Shown here piece by piece: positions 18,959 through 29,191 of a stretch of DNA of 64,000 nucleotides (positions within the stretch are counted from its first letter, which is position 1; every line of letters begins with the position of its first letter). The stretch comes from a candidate division WWE3 bacterium (GTDB taxonomy: Bacteria; Patescibacteriota; WWE3; UBA101185; UBA10185). The DNA is taken from assembly GCA_014729135.1 (NCBI GenBank), contig WJKK01000001.1, positions 593-64,592 of the forward strand, given 5' to 3'. Made by a program: the position numbers and the translations under genes. Below the pieces are notes generated by a model. That model was given only the letters and a program-made list of their open reading frames with translations, ran no database searches and was not told the DNA's origin.

Positions 18959-21900
18959 ATGCCCGAAAACTTGCCCAATATATCTGAAAATTCATCCAAA
19001 AAAGCGACACCTGACAAAACAGGTCAACAACCCTTAAGCACCTCAGATGCAGCTAAAGAACTGGGCATCTCCCCTACTACACTAAAACGAATCCAGAAAA
19101 AATTTAAGCTGAATGTTCCACGCGATGAAAATAATTATCGTGTTTTTGATCAGGAGACTTTGGCAAGTTTTAGGGAGGCACTAGAAATTCACGAGGGAGG
19201 TGGCGCGGCGGCGGAAAAGAATGATTCCGGATCGGGGTCCAGAATGACAGTTTTTTCTCGTCATCCTGACGGAAGTCAAGATCCAGGATCCCGGATCAAG
19301 TCCGGGATGACAGATGGAAATAGGATGACAACACCTGGTCTCGAAATGACGAAATTTCGTCATTCTGAGCTTGACTCAAAATCTGCAGCGTCGATGAGAA
19401 GTGCAAGTCCTGCGGACATTGCACATCGGAATGACAGAAAGGGTGAAACAACCGAGGATCAGAAACTAACAGAAAACGCACAACTCTCCAAAGACCGCGC
19501 AAAACAAAGAGGAGCACTCACGCGAGAAAAAACACAACAAAAACTACTCAAAACCTTACCACTCCCCCTACTTGCAAGCACATTTGCCATGTTCTTTTTA
19601 TTCGGGCTTTTCACTCTTGGAGGCGCTTACTTCCAAAACGCCTCTAAAATAAAGGCAAAAACCCAAAATGTTAAGGCCCTGTTAGCCCACAACCTCAACG
19701 CGCCAATTCAAAATGCTTTTTCTCGCATAGAAAATGAGGTGTCAAATGATGTCAGCGGTTCTTCAATAGAGAATCTTGAAATGACAACAACGCATCATTC
19801 TGACGGAAGTCAAGATCCAGGATCCCGAGTCAAGCTCGGGATGACGGGGGGAAACGGAATGACTACGCTACTCTCCTCCCTAATCAAAAACAAAAAAGAC
19901 CAGCCCGGAGTACTAGCAACCGCCGTACTGGGCAGAAGAACAACTCGCCCCGACTTCGAACTCGACATCAACGTCCCCACAACAATCCGCGACAGCCTCA
20001 CCGTAGAAGGCACCATCTCAGCACGCACCTTCGCCACTCTCGCAGGAGGGCTCTCCACGGACAACCAAGACATAGATGCAGGCACCGGCACAATCACCGC
20101 GGGAACCATCACCGCAACCACAACAAACACCGGAACCCTCAACCTTACAGGACCGGCCACAATCAACAACCTCCTGACAATTGATGACGTCACTCAAACC
20201 ACCTTAGAAGAAGCGCTGGAACTCGCCGGAGACCTGGAAGGCACCTTAAACGCAGCCACCATCGTCACCCTCGGTGGAGCCGACGTTGGCGACATAGACT
20301 CAGGCGAACTTTTAATATTAGACGGCAACGAAATTACATCAGGTGAAATCACCGATTTAGACACAACAGCAATAACAGAACTGGGAACAATTTCAACCGG
20401 AACCTGGACAGCTACAGAAATAGGCCCGACTTATGGAGGCACAGGACTCACAACATACACAACAGGCGACCTCCTCTACTCCTCCGCTTCAAATACACTA
20501 GCCGCCCTCAACATAGGCACATCAGGACAAATGCTGACAGTTGCCGCAACAGGAATCCCACAGTGGCAGTCAGTTCAAGAAGCCGTTGGAGGCGCAGCAT
20601 TTTTACAAGAAGGAAACTCACTTGGAACCACAGCAATACTAGGAACCAATGACGCCTACAACCTAGTTTTTGAAACCAATAACACCGGTCACATGGCACT
20701 AACCTCCTCCGGAAAACTGGGCATTGGAACAACAGATCCCGGATCAGGGTCCGGGATGACAGTCATGGGAGGCAACGTTGGAATTGGCACAACCACCCCC
20801 ACTTCCCTACTCCACGTAGCAGGAGCCGCAGACATTGAAGGACAACTAACCGTAAACGAAGTCCTAATAACCCAAAACGGTATCGACAACTCAAGTGGAG
20901 GTATTACAAATGCCGGACCCATAACCGGAGCAACCGGCTTCACATCAAGTGGAACCATCACACTTAGCGACCTCTCCACAGGAGTGCTAAAATCCTCTGT
21001 TGGGGGCGTAATCTCATCCTCCGCCATAAACCTAGCCGACTCCGGAACCGACTACATCACAGGAACACTAACCCCAGCAAAAGGAGGAACAGGCCTAGCC
21101 TCCTACTCCATTGGCGACGTAATCTACGCATCCGCAGCAGACACACTAGCAGCTTTAGGCGCCGGCGGAGAAGGAGAAGTGCTAACAATAGACTCCGGAC
21201 TCCCCTCTTGGGGAAGCGTCACAGGCGACGGAGGCATCTGTACAAACTGCCTAGTAGACGATCCCGGAAGCACCCAAACCATAACCCCGACAAACGCAAC
21301 CGCCACCGGACTTTCTATAAAACAAGCCGACTCCGGAACCGCGGACGTCTTTAATGTACTGTCAAACGATGGCAATACTACTTTTTTTAAAATCGACAAC
21401 AGCGGAAACGTCGTTTTAGGCAACACCTCCTCCGCAGAATTTACCGTATCACCAACAAGCACCGATCCAATAGCTATTTCACCGGTTGCACAAGGCTCTA
21501 ACGCCTACACAGGAACCATCACCAGCTCCGACTTAACAGCAGCCAGAACATGGACTTTCCCCGACGCCACAGGAGCCGTTTGTCTTGCCACCGGAAACTG
21601 TAGTGGAGTCGGCGCCAACTTGGGAGGTGAAGGAGCACAATACTACATAACCCGCTGGTCAGGACAATACACACTTGAAAACTCAAACATTTGGGATGCC
21701 GGCTCAGGAGTTGGCATAGGCACAACAGACCCAAGCTATGATCTGGATGTAGCCGGAACTTTTAACACCTCAGGTGCAGCTACGTTAGGCAGCACTCTAG
21801 ATGTAACAGGAAACACGAGCCTAGCTGGAGAACTAGACGTCACCCAAGCAACAACACTAAACAGCACACTAGAAGTCACCAGCGCCACCACCCTCTCCTC

Positions 21901-24900
21901 CACCTTAGATGTCACCAGCAACGTAACCACCGGAGGACGTTTGGCAGTAAATGGCGCAAGTGATTCTTGGGTAGACGGCAATTTAGGCCTTGGCACAACC
22001 GACCCCACAAAGCAACTGCATGTTTCAGGTGGCGACGCCCTTTTTGAAGATGATGTTTATTTAGGCGATTCCACCGGTGTTTCAAAAGTTTTAAATGCTA
22101 ACGCAGGATCAACAGAGGGAGGCTTTAGCGTGCAAAATTCTACCACTAACCTTTTAGCCAACGGGTCCTTTGAATCGAGTACTTTTAGTGCAGGGTGGGA
22201 TATGGATGGGTTTGTGTTTGATCAGGATGAGGTTACGTTTACAACTGCCATGGCAAAAAGGACGGGCCAAGGGCCTTTTGCAGCAGCGCCTATTGTGCAA
22301 ACAAATTGGGAAGACGACACAACCAATGGGGATAGAATCAACTACAGCATTAGTGACACCCTGTACGAAGGGTTTTTTCCTGAATTTGATAGCGAACAAG
22401 GAACAATTGTTATGTGGGTAACCCCCGAATGGAACGGAACAAGTACAGAAACTCACACTTTTTTAAATGACCAGTATGACAGATTCAGATTGTACTTTGA
22501 CAATGGTAACCTATATTTTAAAGGGGCTGGAGGTGTTGGAAGCACGGGAGTATCTACAGACGTCTCAGATTGGACTGCAGGAAGCACTTACCTCATAACG
22601 GCTCGCTGGGACAGAACCAACGAGCTTGAGGGAGCAAACCACGCCTCTTTGACAGTAGAAAATGCAGCACCCACATTCGGCGAGGAAACTCCGGGCATAT
22701 GGAACGCTGGTAATATCTATATAGGAAATGATATATCCAGCACGCCTACCAATGCCATTATAGAGGGGCTTACCATCTACCGCCGACCATTATATGACGG
22801 AACCTATGGTATTGATGTCGGTAACGGCGATGAAATCGCTGCTATATACAACTCGGGCAGCGGAGAAGATCCTACCCTAACCACCGGTTCCTGGGATGTA
22901 GTCTTTGCCCTCCCCACCAACGCCTCCATCGGAGCACTTTCTACAGGCACAGGCGAGGCCTGGACCCATCCACATGCTTCTAACGTCCTTTACACCGATA
23001 CTGATAACACCGGGGGTTTTATGATGAACGGCACTTACACTTCAGACGGATGGTCCGATGAGGGCTCCCCTACTTCGGTAGCAGCACTTGCAACAGACGA
23101 AAAGATTTTTGCAGGAGGATACAAAACCGTAAGTGATGCAGCAAACGAAGGTATTAAATACAGTTTAAGCGGGCTTTCAGCAGGAGAAAACTATGTTGTT
23201 AGAGCACTTGCCCACTCCGATGGAACATCAATCCCCAAAATTCAAATTTGGGATGCTACTAATGGAGCCGAAATTACGCAAATGACAGCAGATGATGCAA
23301 CTTCAGACCGAGATACACCGGAGGTGTTTTTGTTTACGTTTGAGTTACCAACAGTTGCTAGAAATGGAGTTGCAAGTGATTGTACCTCTATAGAGGTGCG
23401 GCTTTTGAACACACAAGCAAGTGGGACGACTTACTGGCATCAAGTGGAACTACTAGAAAACTATATTGATAACCCTTCACTTGAAACAGGTTCGGGCGAT
23501 CCGTGGATCCCGGATGGGTGGAGCAACTCCGGTTTAGATACAACGGAAAGCGCTGCGGAAACAGGCACTTACCACACAGGATCAAACGCCATTAGCTTAA
23601 ATCCCGATGCGGGAAATGAAGGCACTACCACTAATGATATTGGTCCTTTAGCTGCTAACGCATACATTGCAGTAGGAGGCTGGTCAATTTCTACAAATTT
23701 AAACCCAAAACTAATGGGGGGAATAGGTATTGAAGAGCAAGATGGCTCTCCCGAAGATTATGCAGGACCTTATTTGAGCGGAGATACAACCTGGGAAACA
23801 GAAGCCAGAGTCCTTCGCGCTGACTTCTCAAGGCCTACAAGTGAGTTCACGCTAAGAGACCCAGCGGCAGTGAACGCATATAGTGGTATCTTTGATGATA
23901 TCTATGCGTATGATCTAACCGATGTCTCTCTCACAGTCACCCCCGCCTCAGAAGCCAACTCCACAGAAAGTACGGGACTTAGAGTAGATGGAAGGGATAC
24001 GGCTACACAAACCATAAGTAATATTACAGCAACAGAAGGAAGAATACGGTTTAAATGGACACCTAGACATTCAGCGGGGAACGCTAATACATATCAAGGA
24101 GGAGATAGGACCACTATCGCTTACTTTTTCTATGACTACTCAAACTATATCATTGTGCGATGGTGGTCGGACAGTACAATAAGATTAAGTATAAAAGACC
24201 CAAATAATCTCGACGGAAACAGTTGGGATGCAACAGGAAGCATAAGTGCGGGCACAACTTACGATATGGAAATCATTTATAATGAGAACAGAGCAGCGCT
24301 AAATATAGATGGCAATGAAACTAGTGTTATTGAGGAAGGAACCAATTTTGACAACACACCAGATGAAGCCTACTGGGCAAGCTGGAGTGACGGAAGATTT
24401 AATGGCGACGCCACATTCGCCTCCCCCGACCCCTCCACCACAGCAGAAACAGCCAGCGCCAACACCTACCTCGGCAAAAAAGCAGCCGAAATAAACGCCT
24501 CCGGAAACTACTCCGCAGAACTAACCCAAAGTGTTGACCCCAACTCCACAAGCACTCACACCCTATCCGCCTACATAAAAATGAGCGACGCAAGCGAAGT
24601 CACCTCCTCAAAAGTAAAACTCATCTGGGAGGGAAGCCTAGTAACTCCCGATTCTTACACCCAAGTAGGCTCAACCGGATGGTACCGATTGTCATACTCT
24701 GCAGCCACAACCGATGCCTCCAACGACTACGGAGTCTACGTGGAAAACGGCTACACGGCTTATGCAGATGGCGTTCAACTGGAGGCTAGCGCCTTTGCCA
24801 CCAACTTTGCCGACAATAATTTGGCGCGGGTTGCAGGAGCCAGCATTGCGGATAACGATTTAATTGGCCGTACTTTGGGGGTTTATGGCCAAAGCACTTT

Positions 24901-27900
24901 CTTTGGAGATTTGATTCCGGGTTACAGCGACGTTTATGATTTGGGGTCTAGCAGTTATAAGTGGAATAATTTGTATTTAGCTGGTGATATTAATTTGTCA
25001 GGGGAGCTGTTGTTAGCGGATGGAACTGCCGCCCTTCCTTCGTTGGCTTTTTCTAGTGATGCCAATACGGGGCTGTACCGTTTGGGAGATGATCAGCTTG
25101 GATTTAGTACGGGAGGGTCTAGTAGGGTTGTGATTGATGAGAGTGGATATGTGGGGATTGGGACGACGGATCCATCCTCTGCACTGAAAATTGAGAATGG
25201 AAACATTGAAATAGGGGGTGATTATAACCCAGGGTTAAAAATATATTCCTGGGAAACCACCCACGGAACAGGTAGTTACGCGCAGTTAGAGAAAACGTCT
25301 CTTACAGTAAGCTCAAGATTCTCTTATGGGGATTTTTCAGTAAAATCGAGAGACAACAGCTTAGATCAAACTAAAACATCCTTGAAAATCCTGGGAGATT
25401 CTGGAAATGTTGGTATTGGAAATAGTGACCCCGAAGAAGCTCTTCATATCCAGAATCCCGCAGGAGCCTACATCAAACTCCAAACAGCTGAAAGTATAGA
25501 TTCCGACTCAGAAGGTTTGATATTTTCACACTATAACCATTCCGGTAATTCTTGGGAGGAAGCCAGCGTATTTTACGATTGGTGGGGTAGAACAGGATTG
25601 AACTACAAATCTAACGGCAGGGACGGTGATCACGCCGACCACAGGTTTTTGGATAATGAGAATAACGTACATATGCTCATAACAGATGCGGGACTTGTTG
25701 GAGTGGGAACCACCGCCCCCGCCTCCACCCTCGACGTGGCCGGTACCGCCTGGCTCCGTGGTGACACGGGTGATAACGGGCTTTTTGTTGAAGCTGGAGG
25801 GAATGTAGGCATCGGAACCACAGACCCAAGCGAAGAGTTAGAAATTAAAGGAAACGGAAGCGCTGATTTAATTTTAAAAAGAAATAATGATGTAACAGGA
25901 GAACAAGGAAATCTCATATTCCAAACTTTCAATGGTACAGAAATGGCAAAAATAACAGGCAACCGCGTGGGCGGAGATGGAGAGCTTAATTTCCATACAG
26001 ATGGAGCCCTAACGATGGTTTTAGACAGATACGGAAGAATTCAGAGCGGCCAAAATATCGACGGCACCCCCAGTAGCTGGCTCGAAATCTACAGACATTC
26101 CCCATCAGCAAATGAGTCTTTGCTCAAGCTTGCAACAGGAAGCAATGATAATTTGTTTAACATTGATAGCGAAGGTGATGCATATATTTCTAATACATTA
26201 GGTATCGGCACCACCTCCCCCACCTCCACCCTCGATGTTGCAGGTACCGCCTGGCTCCGCGGTGACACGGGTGATAACGGGCTTTTTGTTGAAGCAGGAG
26301 GAAATGTAGGTATCGGCACCACCAATCCGGAAAGCCTTTTACACATCGAATCCGGAACAGAAGAGGCATTCAAAATTAAGAATGCGGGTTCTGACCCCGT
26401 TATAAGTTTAGGAAACAGTGGGGGGAACGGCTTAATTAAAGGAGGCCTAAATAACAGTCTATTTATTAGATCTCTAGGAAACTCAAACTCCGAGGGTATA
26501 TCTTTCCAGAATGACACTAGTGATGGAGGGTCACCCACCACTCTGATGCATTTAAATAGACTGGGATACTTAGGTATAGGAACTACTGCTCCTAGTGGAC
26601 AACTCCACTCCACCGGCACTGTTTTCTTTGCGGGGGTTTATGATGATGATTTAAATGGAGGTACTTATAGAGACTTGCTGGTACAAGACGATGGTCAGTT
26701 AGGCTACGACTCCTCCTCTATTCGCTACAAAACTAATGTAATTGACATGGAGGATACCTCATGGATTTATGATTTGCGACCGGTTAACTATGAATACAAA
26801 CAGAAAGATGAAAATGGGAATTATTTAGAAACCGGTACGGGAGTTATGAAGTATGGGCTTATTGCTGAAGAGGTTGAACAGGTTAATGATAGCTTTGTGT
26901 TCTATAACGTGTTGGATGACGGATCTAAACAAGTGGAAGGTGTGCAATATAGAGAACTAGTCACTCCAATTATCCAAGCCGTTCAAGATCAAAAAATAAC
27001 GTTAGATGAGCATGGAATAATCCTTAAAGATCTTGGAGCTGTGGATGAAACCAGCCCTACCCTTTTAGAAATGGAAGACAACATAGCCTCTTTGCAAGCA
27101 GGGCTTGAAACCACAAACACAGAAATCGCAGACATGAGGATGATCCTCGATGAAATCAGCACTTCAGTCCTTGAGAGCAGTGAATCTTTTGGACTGGAAG
27201 AAGGATCATCCTTAACAGAAAGTGGGGTTTTAGAGTCAACAGAAAGCACAAGTAGCACTTCGAACAAGGATGATCCTTCATTAGTTTTGATGGAAATCGA
27301 ATCCGTTTATGATGAGTTTAAAGAATTTGTGGCAGCACTTGGCCTTTCCGTAAACACAGAAACCGAAACTCTAATAGCAGAAAGCAACTTTACAGTAATT
27401 GGACAAACAACCCTGGCTGATACAACAATCACAGGAGATTTGGCGGTAGGATTGCTGACAATCGACTCCATGGAAAACTCTATTGGAATTACAGGGCCCT
27501 CCTGCTATTCAGAAATAACAGGCGAAACAAATGAAGCACTTTGCAAAACGGGAACTCTATATTTACAAAAGAACCTGGCAGGTAATTTGGATATATTCAA
27601 TGGCAAAATCGTCCTCTCCCCTGATGGTAATTTAGAGGTTGCAGGAGCAGTAGCAGCTTCGGCTATAAGGGTAGATGAAAATGGAGGTACTATAGGATCG
27701 GGCATGCTAGAGGCAGGGGAAACTTCTCTAATAGTTGCAAGTGCAGAGATCACTAGTAAGTCCAAAATTTTCGTAACCCCAACAAATTCAACAGTCGGCC
27801 AAACACTATGGATAGGAGAAAAAACCGAGGGGGAAAGTTTTGAAGTTAAAATAGACTCTCCGGTAGATTCTGACATAACCTTTGACTGGTGGATTATAAA

Positions 27901-27904
27901 TTAG
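18959..27904 (+). CDS. Giant membrane-anchored fibre/adhesin: MerR-like HTH, TM, GIGTT repeats, CBM/LamG-like domains, peptidase S74 chaperone, conserved C-terminal domain
   Basis: LSTSDAAKELGISPTTLKR...RDENNYRVF; TM at about aa 200-225; many GNVGIGTT repeats; SSIRYKTNV...LRPVNYEYK...GLIAEEV...Y.ELV..II.AVQ. Start placed after TTGAAT-N17-TACTAT. Confidence 0.88.
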   Translation: MPENLPNISENSSKKATPDKTGQQPLSTSDAAKELGISPTTLKRIQKKFKLNVPRDENNYRVFDQETLASFREALEIHEGGGAAAEKNDSGSGSRMTVFSRHPDGSQDPGSRIKSGMTDGNRMTTPGLEMTKFRHSELDSKSAASMRSASPADIAHRNDRKGETTEDQKLTENAQLSKDRAKQRGALTREKTQQKLLKTLPLPLLASTFAMFFLFGLFTLGGAYFQNASKIKAKTQNVKALLAHNLNAPIQNAFSRIENEVSNDVSGSSIENLEMTTTHHSDGSQDPGSRVKLGMTGGNGMTTLLSSLIKNKKDQPGVLATAVLGRRTTRPDFELDINVPTTIRDSLTVEGTISARTFATLAGGLSTDNQDIDAGTGTITAGTITATTTNTGTLNLTGPATINNLLTIDDVTQTTLEEALELAGDLEGTLNAATIVTLGGADVGDIDSGELLILDGNEITSGEITDLDTTAITELGTISTGTWTATEIGPTYGGTGLTTYTTGDLLYSSASNTLAALNIGTSGQMLTVAATGIPQWQSVQEAVGGAAFLQEGNSLGTTAILGTNDAYNLVFETNNTGHMALTSSGKLGIGTTDPGSGSGMTVMGGNVGIGTTTPTSLLHVAGAADIEGQLTVNEVLITQNGIDNSSGGITNAGPITGATGFTSSGTITLSDLSTGVLKSSVGGVISSSAINLADSGTDYITGTLTPAKGGTGLASYSIGDVIYASAADTLAALGAGGEGEVLTIDSGLPSWGSVTGDGGICTNCLVDDPGSTQTITPTNATATGLSIKQADSGTADVFNVLSNDGNTTFFKIDNSGNVVLGNTSSAEFTVSPTSTDPIAISPVAQGSNAYTGTITSSDLTAARTWTFPDATGAVCLATGNCSGVGANLGGEGAQYYITRWSGQYTLENSNIWDAGSGVGIGTTDPSYDLDVAGTFNTSGAATLGSTLDVTGNTSLAGELDVTQATTLNSTLEVTSATTLSSTLDVTSNVTTGGRLAVNGASDSWVDGNLGLGTTDPTKQLHVSGGDALFEDDVYLGDSTGVSKVLNANAGSTEGGFSVQNSTTNLLANGSFESSTFSAGWDMDGFVFDQDEVTFTTAMAKRTGQGPFAAAPIVQTNWEDDTTNGDRINYSISDTLYEGFFPEFDSEQGTIVMWVTPEWNGTSTETHTFLNDQYDRFRLYFDNGNLYFKGAGGVGSTGVSTDVSDWTAGSTYLITARWDRTNELEGANHASLTVENAAPTFGEETPGIWNAGNIYIGNDISSTPTNAIIEGLTIYRRPLYDGTYGIDVGNGDEIAAIYNSGSGEDPTLTTGSWDVVFALPTNASIGALSTGTGEAWTHPHASNVLYTDTDNTGGFMMNGTYTSDGWSDEGSPTSVAALATDEKIFAGGYKTVSDAANEGIKYSLSGLSAGENYVVRALAHSDGTSIPKIQIWDATNGAEITQMTADDATSDRDTPEVFLFTFELPTVARNGVASDCTSIEVRLLNTQASGTTYWHQVELLENYIDNPSLETGSGDPWIPDGWSNSGLDTTESAAETGTYHTGSNAISLNPDAGNEGTTTNDIGPLAANAYIAVGGWSISTNLNPKLMGGIGIEEQDGSPEDYAGPYLSGDTTWETEARVLRADFSRPTSEFTLRDPAAVNAYSGIFDDIYAYDLTDVSLTVTPASEANSTESTGLRVDGRDTATQTISNITATEGRIRFKWTPRHSAGNANTYQGGDRTTIAYFFYDYSNYIIVRWWSDSTIRLSIKDPNNLDGNSWDATGSISAGTTYDMEIIYNENRAALNIDGNETSVIEEGTNFDNTPDEAYWASWSDGRFNGDATFASPDPSTTAETASANTYLGKKAAEINASGNYSAELTQSVDPNSTSTHTLSAYIKMSDASEVTSSKVKLIWEGSLVTPDSYTQVGSTGWYRLSYSAATTDASNDYGVYVENGYTAYADGVQLEASAFATNFADNNLARVAGASIADNDLIGRTLGVYGQSTFFGDLIPGYSDVYDLGSSSYKWNNLYLAGDINLSGELLLADGTAALPSLAFSSDANTGLYRLGDDQLGFSTGGSSRVVIDESGYVGIGTTDPSSALKIENGNIEIGGDYNPGLKIYSWETTHGTGSYAQLEKTSLTVSSRFSYGDFSVKSRDNSLDQTKTSLKILGDSGNVGIGNSDPEEALHIQNPAGAYIKLQTAESIDSDSEGLIFSHYNHSGNSWEEASVFYDWWGRTGLNYKSNGRDGDHADHRFLDNENNVHMLITDAGLVGVGTTAPASTLDVAGTAWLRGDTGDNGLFVEAGGNVGIGTTDPSEELEIKGNGSADLILKRNNDVTGEQGNLIFQTFNGTEMAKITGNRVGGDGELNFHTDGALTMVLDRYGRIQSGQNIDGTPSSWLEIYRHSPSANESLLKLATGSNDNLFNIDSEGDAYISNTLGIGTTSPTSTLDVAGTAWLRGDTGDNGLFVEAGGNVGIGTTNPESLLHIESGTEEAFKIKNAGSDPVISLGNSGGNGLIKGGLNNSLFIRSLGNSNSEGISFQNDTSDGGSPTTLMHLNRLGYLGIGTTAPSGQLHSTGTVFFAGVYDDDLNGGTYRDLLVQDDGQLGYDSSSIRYKTNVIDMEDTSWIYDLRPVNYEYKQKDENGNYLETGTGVMKYGLIAEEVEQVNDSFVFYNVLDDGSKQVEGVQYRELVTPIIQAVQDQKITLDEHGIILKDLGAVDETSPTLLEMEDNIASLQAGLETTNTEIADMRMILDEISTSVLESSESFGLEEGSSLTESGVLESTESTSSTSNKDDPSLVLMEIESVYDEFKEFVAALGLSVNTETETLIAESNFTVIGQTTLADTTITGDLAVGLLTIDSMENSIGITGPSCYSEITGETNEALCKTGTLYLQKNLAGNLDIFNGKIVLSPDGNLEVAGAVAASAIRVDENGGTIGSGMLEAGETSLIVASAEITSKSKIFVTPTNSTVGQTLWIGEKTEGESFEVKIDSPVDSDITFDWWIIN
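19223..20760. repeat. In-frame REP/RPE-like palindromes (GATCCCGGA..TCCGGGATGAC family) inside the giant CDS
   Basis: Copies at 19223-19248, 19259-19311, 19358-19384, 19793-19845 and 20735-20760. Related intergenic copy at 9998-10045. Confidence 0.85.
25703..26322 (+). repeat. Intragenic ~115-bp direct repeat (GTT.P.STLDVAGTAWLRGDTGDNGLFVEAGGNVGIGTT)
   Basis: About 25703-25822 and 26204-26322, near-identical at DNA level. Confidence 0.9.
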
Positions 27905-28246
27905 AAGAAAGACTTTGCTTGTTATAGGACAACTGCCTTCTCCAGTCATTTCCTATGGGATTTCTATTCAAATCCGTCTGCAAGACACTCACCTGATTCT
28001 ATGGTGTGTAAGTATATGAAACTTATGATCTGTGGACGACGGGATCTTAAGACGCAGGTGGATAAAAAGCCTTCTTTTTTGAAGAGACACTCGCCAAGGT
28101 TCGTGTTGGAATACCCATAAATTTGTTCGCAAAGGTCCTCCAGGGTCGGACACTTTGCGGTGTAACAAAATGTTGCGTTTGAGCAGTGATATTCAAAAGG
28201 AAAACTTACATTTTGTTAAACATTTTGAAAGCTTCGCTTATCAAAA

Positions 28247-28323
28247 TGGTCGGGGTGGTGGGACTTGAACCCACGGCCTCACGAACCCGAATCGTGCACT
28301 CTAGCCATCTGAGCTACACCCCG
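28247..28323 (-). tRNA. tRNA-Pro(CGG)
   Basis: CGGGGTGTAGCTCAG...CACGA-TTCGGGT-TCGTG...GGTTCAAGTCC...CCCCGACCA. Confidence 0.96.
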
Positions 28324-28355
28324 CTAAACATATTCGGGTCTCTCCGCGACACGAA

Positions 28356-28430
28356 TGGCGGCCCCGACAGGAATCGAACCTACATCTCACCCTTAGGAGG
28401 GGCGCGTTCTATCCGTTGAACTACGGGGCC
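28356..28430 (-). tRNA. tRNA-Arg(CCT)
   Basis: GGCCCCGTAGTTCAACGGATAGAAC...CTCCTAA...GGTTCGATTCC...GGGGCCGCCA. Confidence 0.96.
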
Positions 28431-28493
28431 CTGCTACTCCTTAGCCACTTCTCCCTGCTCCACTTTCGCTGCTCTTGCTCCTGCTCCTCGTGG

Positions 28494-28814
28494 CTACTCT
28501 CCCTCTTCAGCATCAAGCTTCTGAAGGCCCAAACCCTTAAACACAAAATAAACAACTCCCGCAATAATAACAAAATCCAGTAAATTTGACACAAAACTTC
28601 CTACTTTAATTGTGGAGCTGCCCACCGCCACCGTAAAATCCTGCAAAGCCTCCACCGGGCCCAAAACTAATCCAATAATAGGGTTAATGAGGTCGTTTAC
28701 AAGTGAGTTGACGAGTTTGGAGACGGCGCCCCCAAGGAGGAATCCTATTGCCAAGCCTACTACGCCTTGTTTGCGGATGAATTCGATGAATCCTTTGGTC
28801 TTTTTTTCTATCAT
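28494..28814 (-). CDS. mscL: Large-conductance mechanosensitive channel (short form)
   Basis: GFIEFIRKQGVVGLAIGFLLGGA...LVNSLVNDLINPIIG...GSFVSNLLDFVIIA.VVYF. Confidence 0.92.
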   Translation of the reverse strand: MIEKKTKGFIEFIRKQGVVGLAIGFLLGGAVSKLVNSLVNDLINPIIGLVLGPVEALQDFTVAVGSSTIKVGSFVSNLLDFVIIAGVVYFVFKGLGLQKLDAEEGE

Positions 28815-28881
28815 GGAGGTATTTTAGCACGTGGTTTTGCTTGAAACTTCTATGTCGCAGCTAAATTTTTCTTAAAACCCT

Positions 28882-28975
28882 TCACAAGTTGAGTACAACT
28901 TGTGAGGCAACAAACAAATGTTCGCACTCACTCGCATTTGCTTGGCCCAGAAACATTCGCGAAGCGAATAGTTTC
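28882..28975. repeat. tRNA-linked hairpin repeat 3' of tRNA-Ser
   Basis: About 65 bp shared with 44596-44662, downstream of tRNA-Ala. Confidence 0.85.
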
Positions 28976-29063
28976 TGGCGGAGGGGGTGGGATTCGAACC
29001 CACGTGTCCGTTAAGACGCATGGTTTTCAAGACCAGCCAGTTTGACCGCTCCTGCACCCCTCC
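28976..29063 (-). tRNA. tRNA-Ser(TGA)
   Basis: GGAGGGGTGCAGGAGCGG...CTTGAAA...long variable arm...GGTTCGAATCC...CTCCGCCA. Confidence 0.96.
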
Positions 29064-29191
29064 AGACTCTTCTCTCCTAATGCATGTAAAAACTGGCGAC
29101 ACAAGTATAACATTCCTTTAGTAATGAAAAAAAGTTACAGAAGCTACCTGTTAAGCAGTAGAAGCAAAAAGCAGCTGAGCTCACCTAATAC

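Noticed and set aside
1-27904. Diversity-generating retroelement acting on the giant proteins
   Set aside because: No reverse transcriptase. The 25703/26204 repeats differ mainly at synonymous positions, not specifically at adenines, and both are coding.
18959-27904. Prophage, suggested by the tail-fibre S74 domain
   Set aside because: No capsid, terminase, portal or integrase; the flanks are chromosomal genes and tRNAs.
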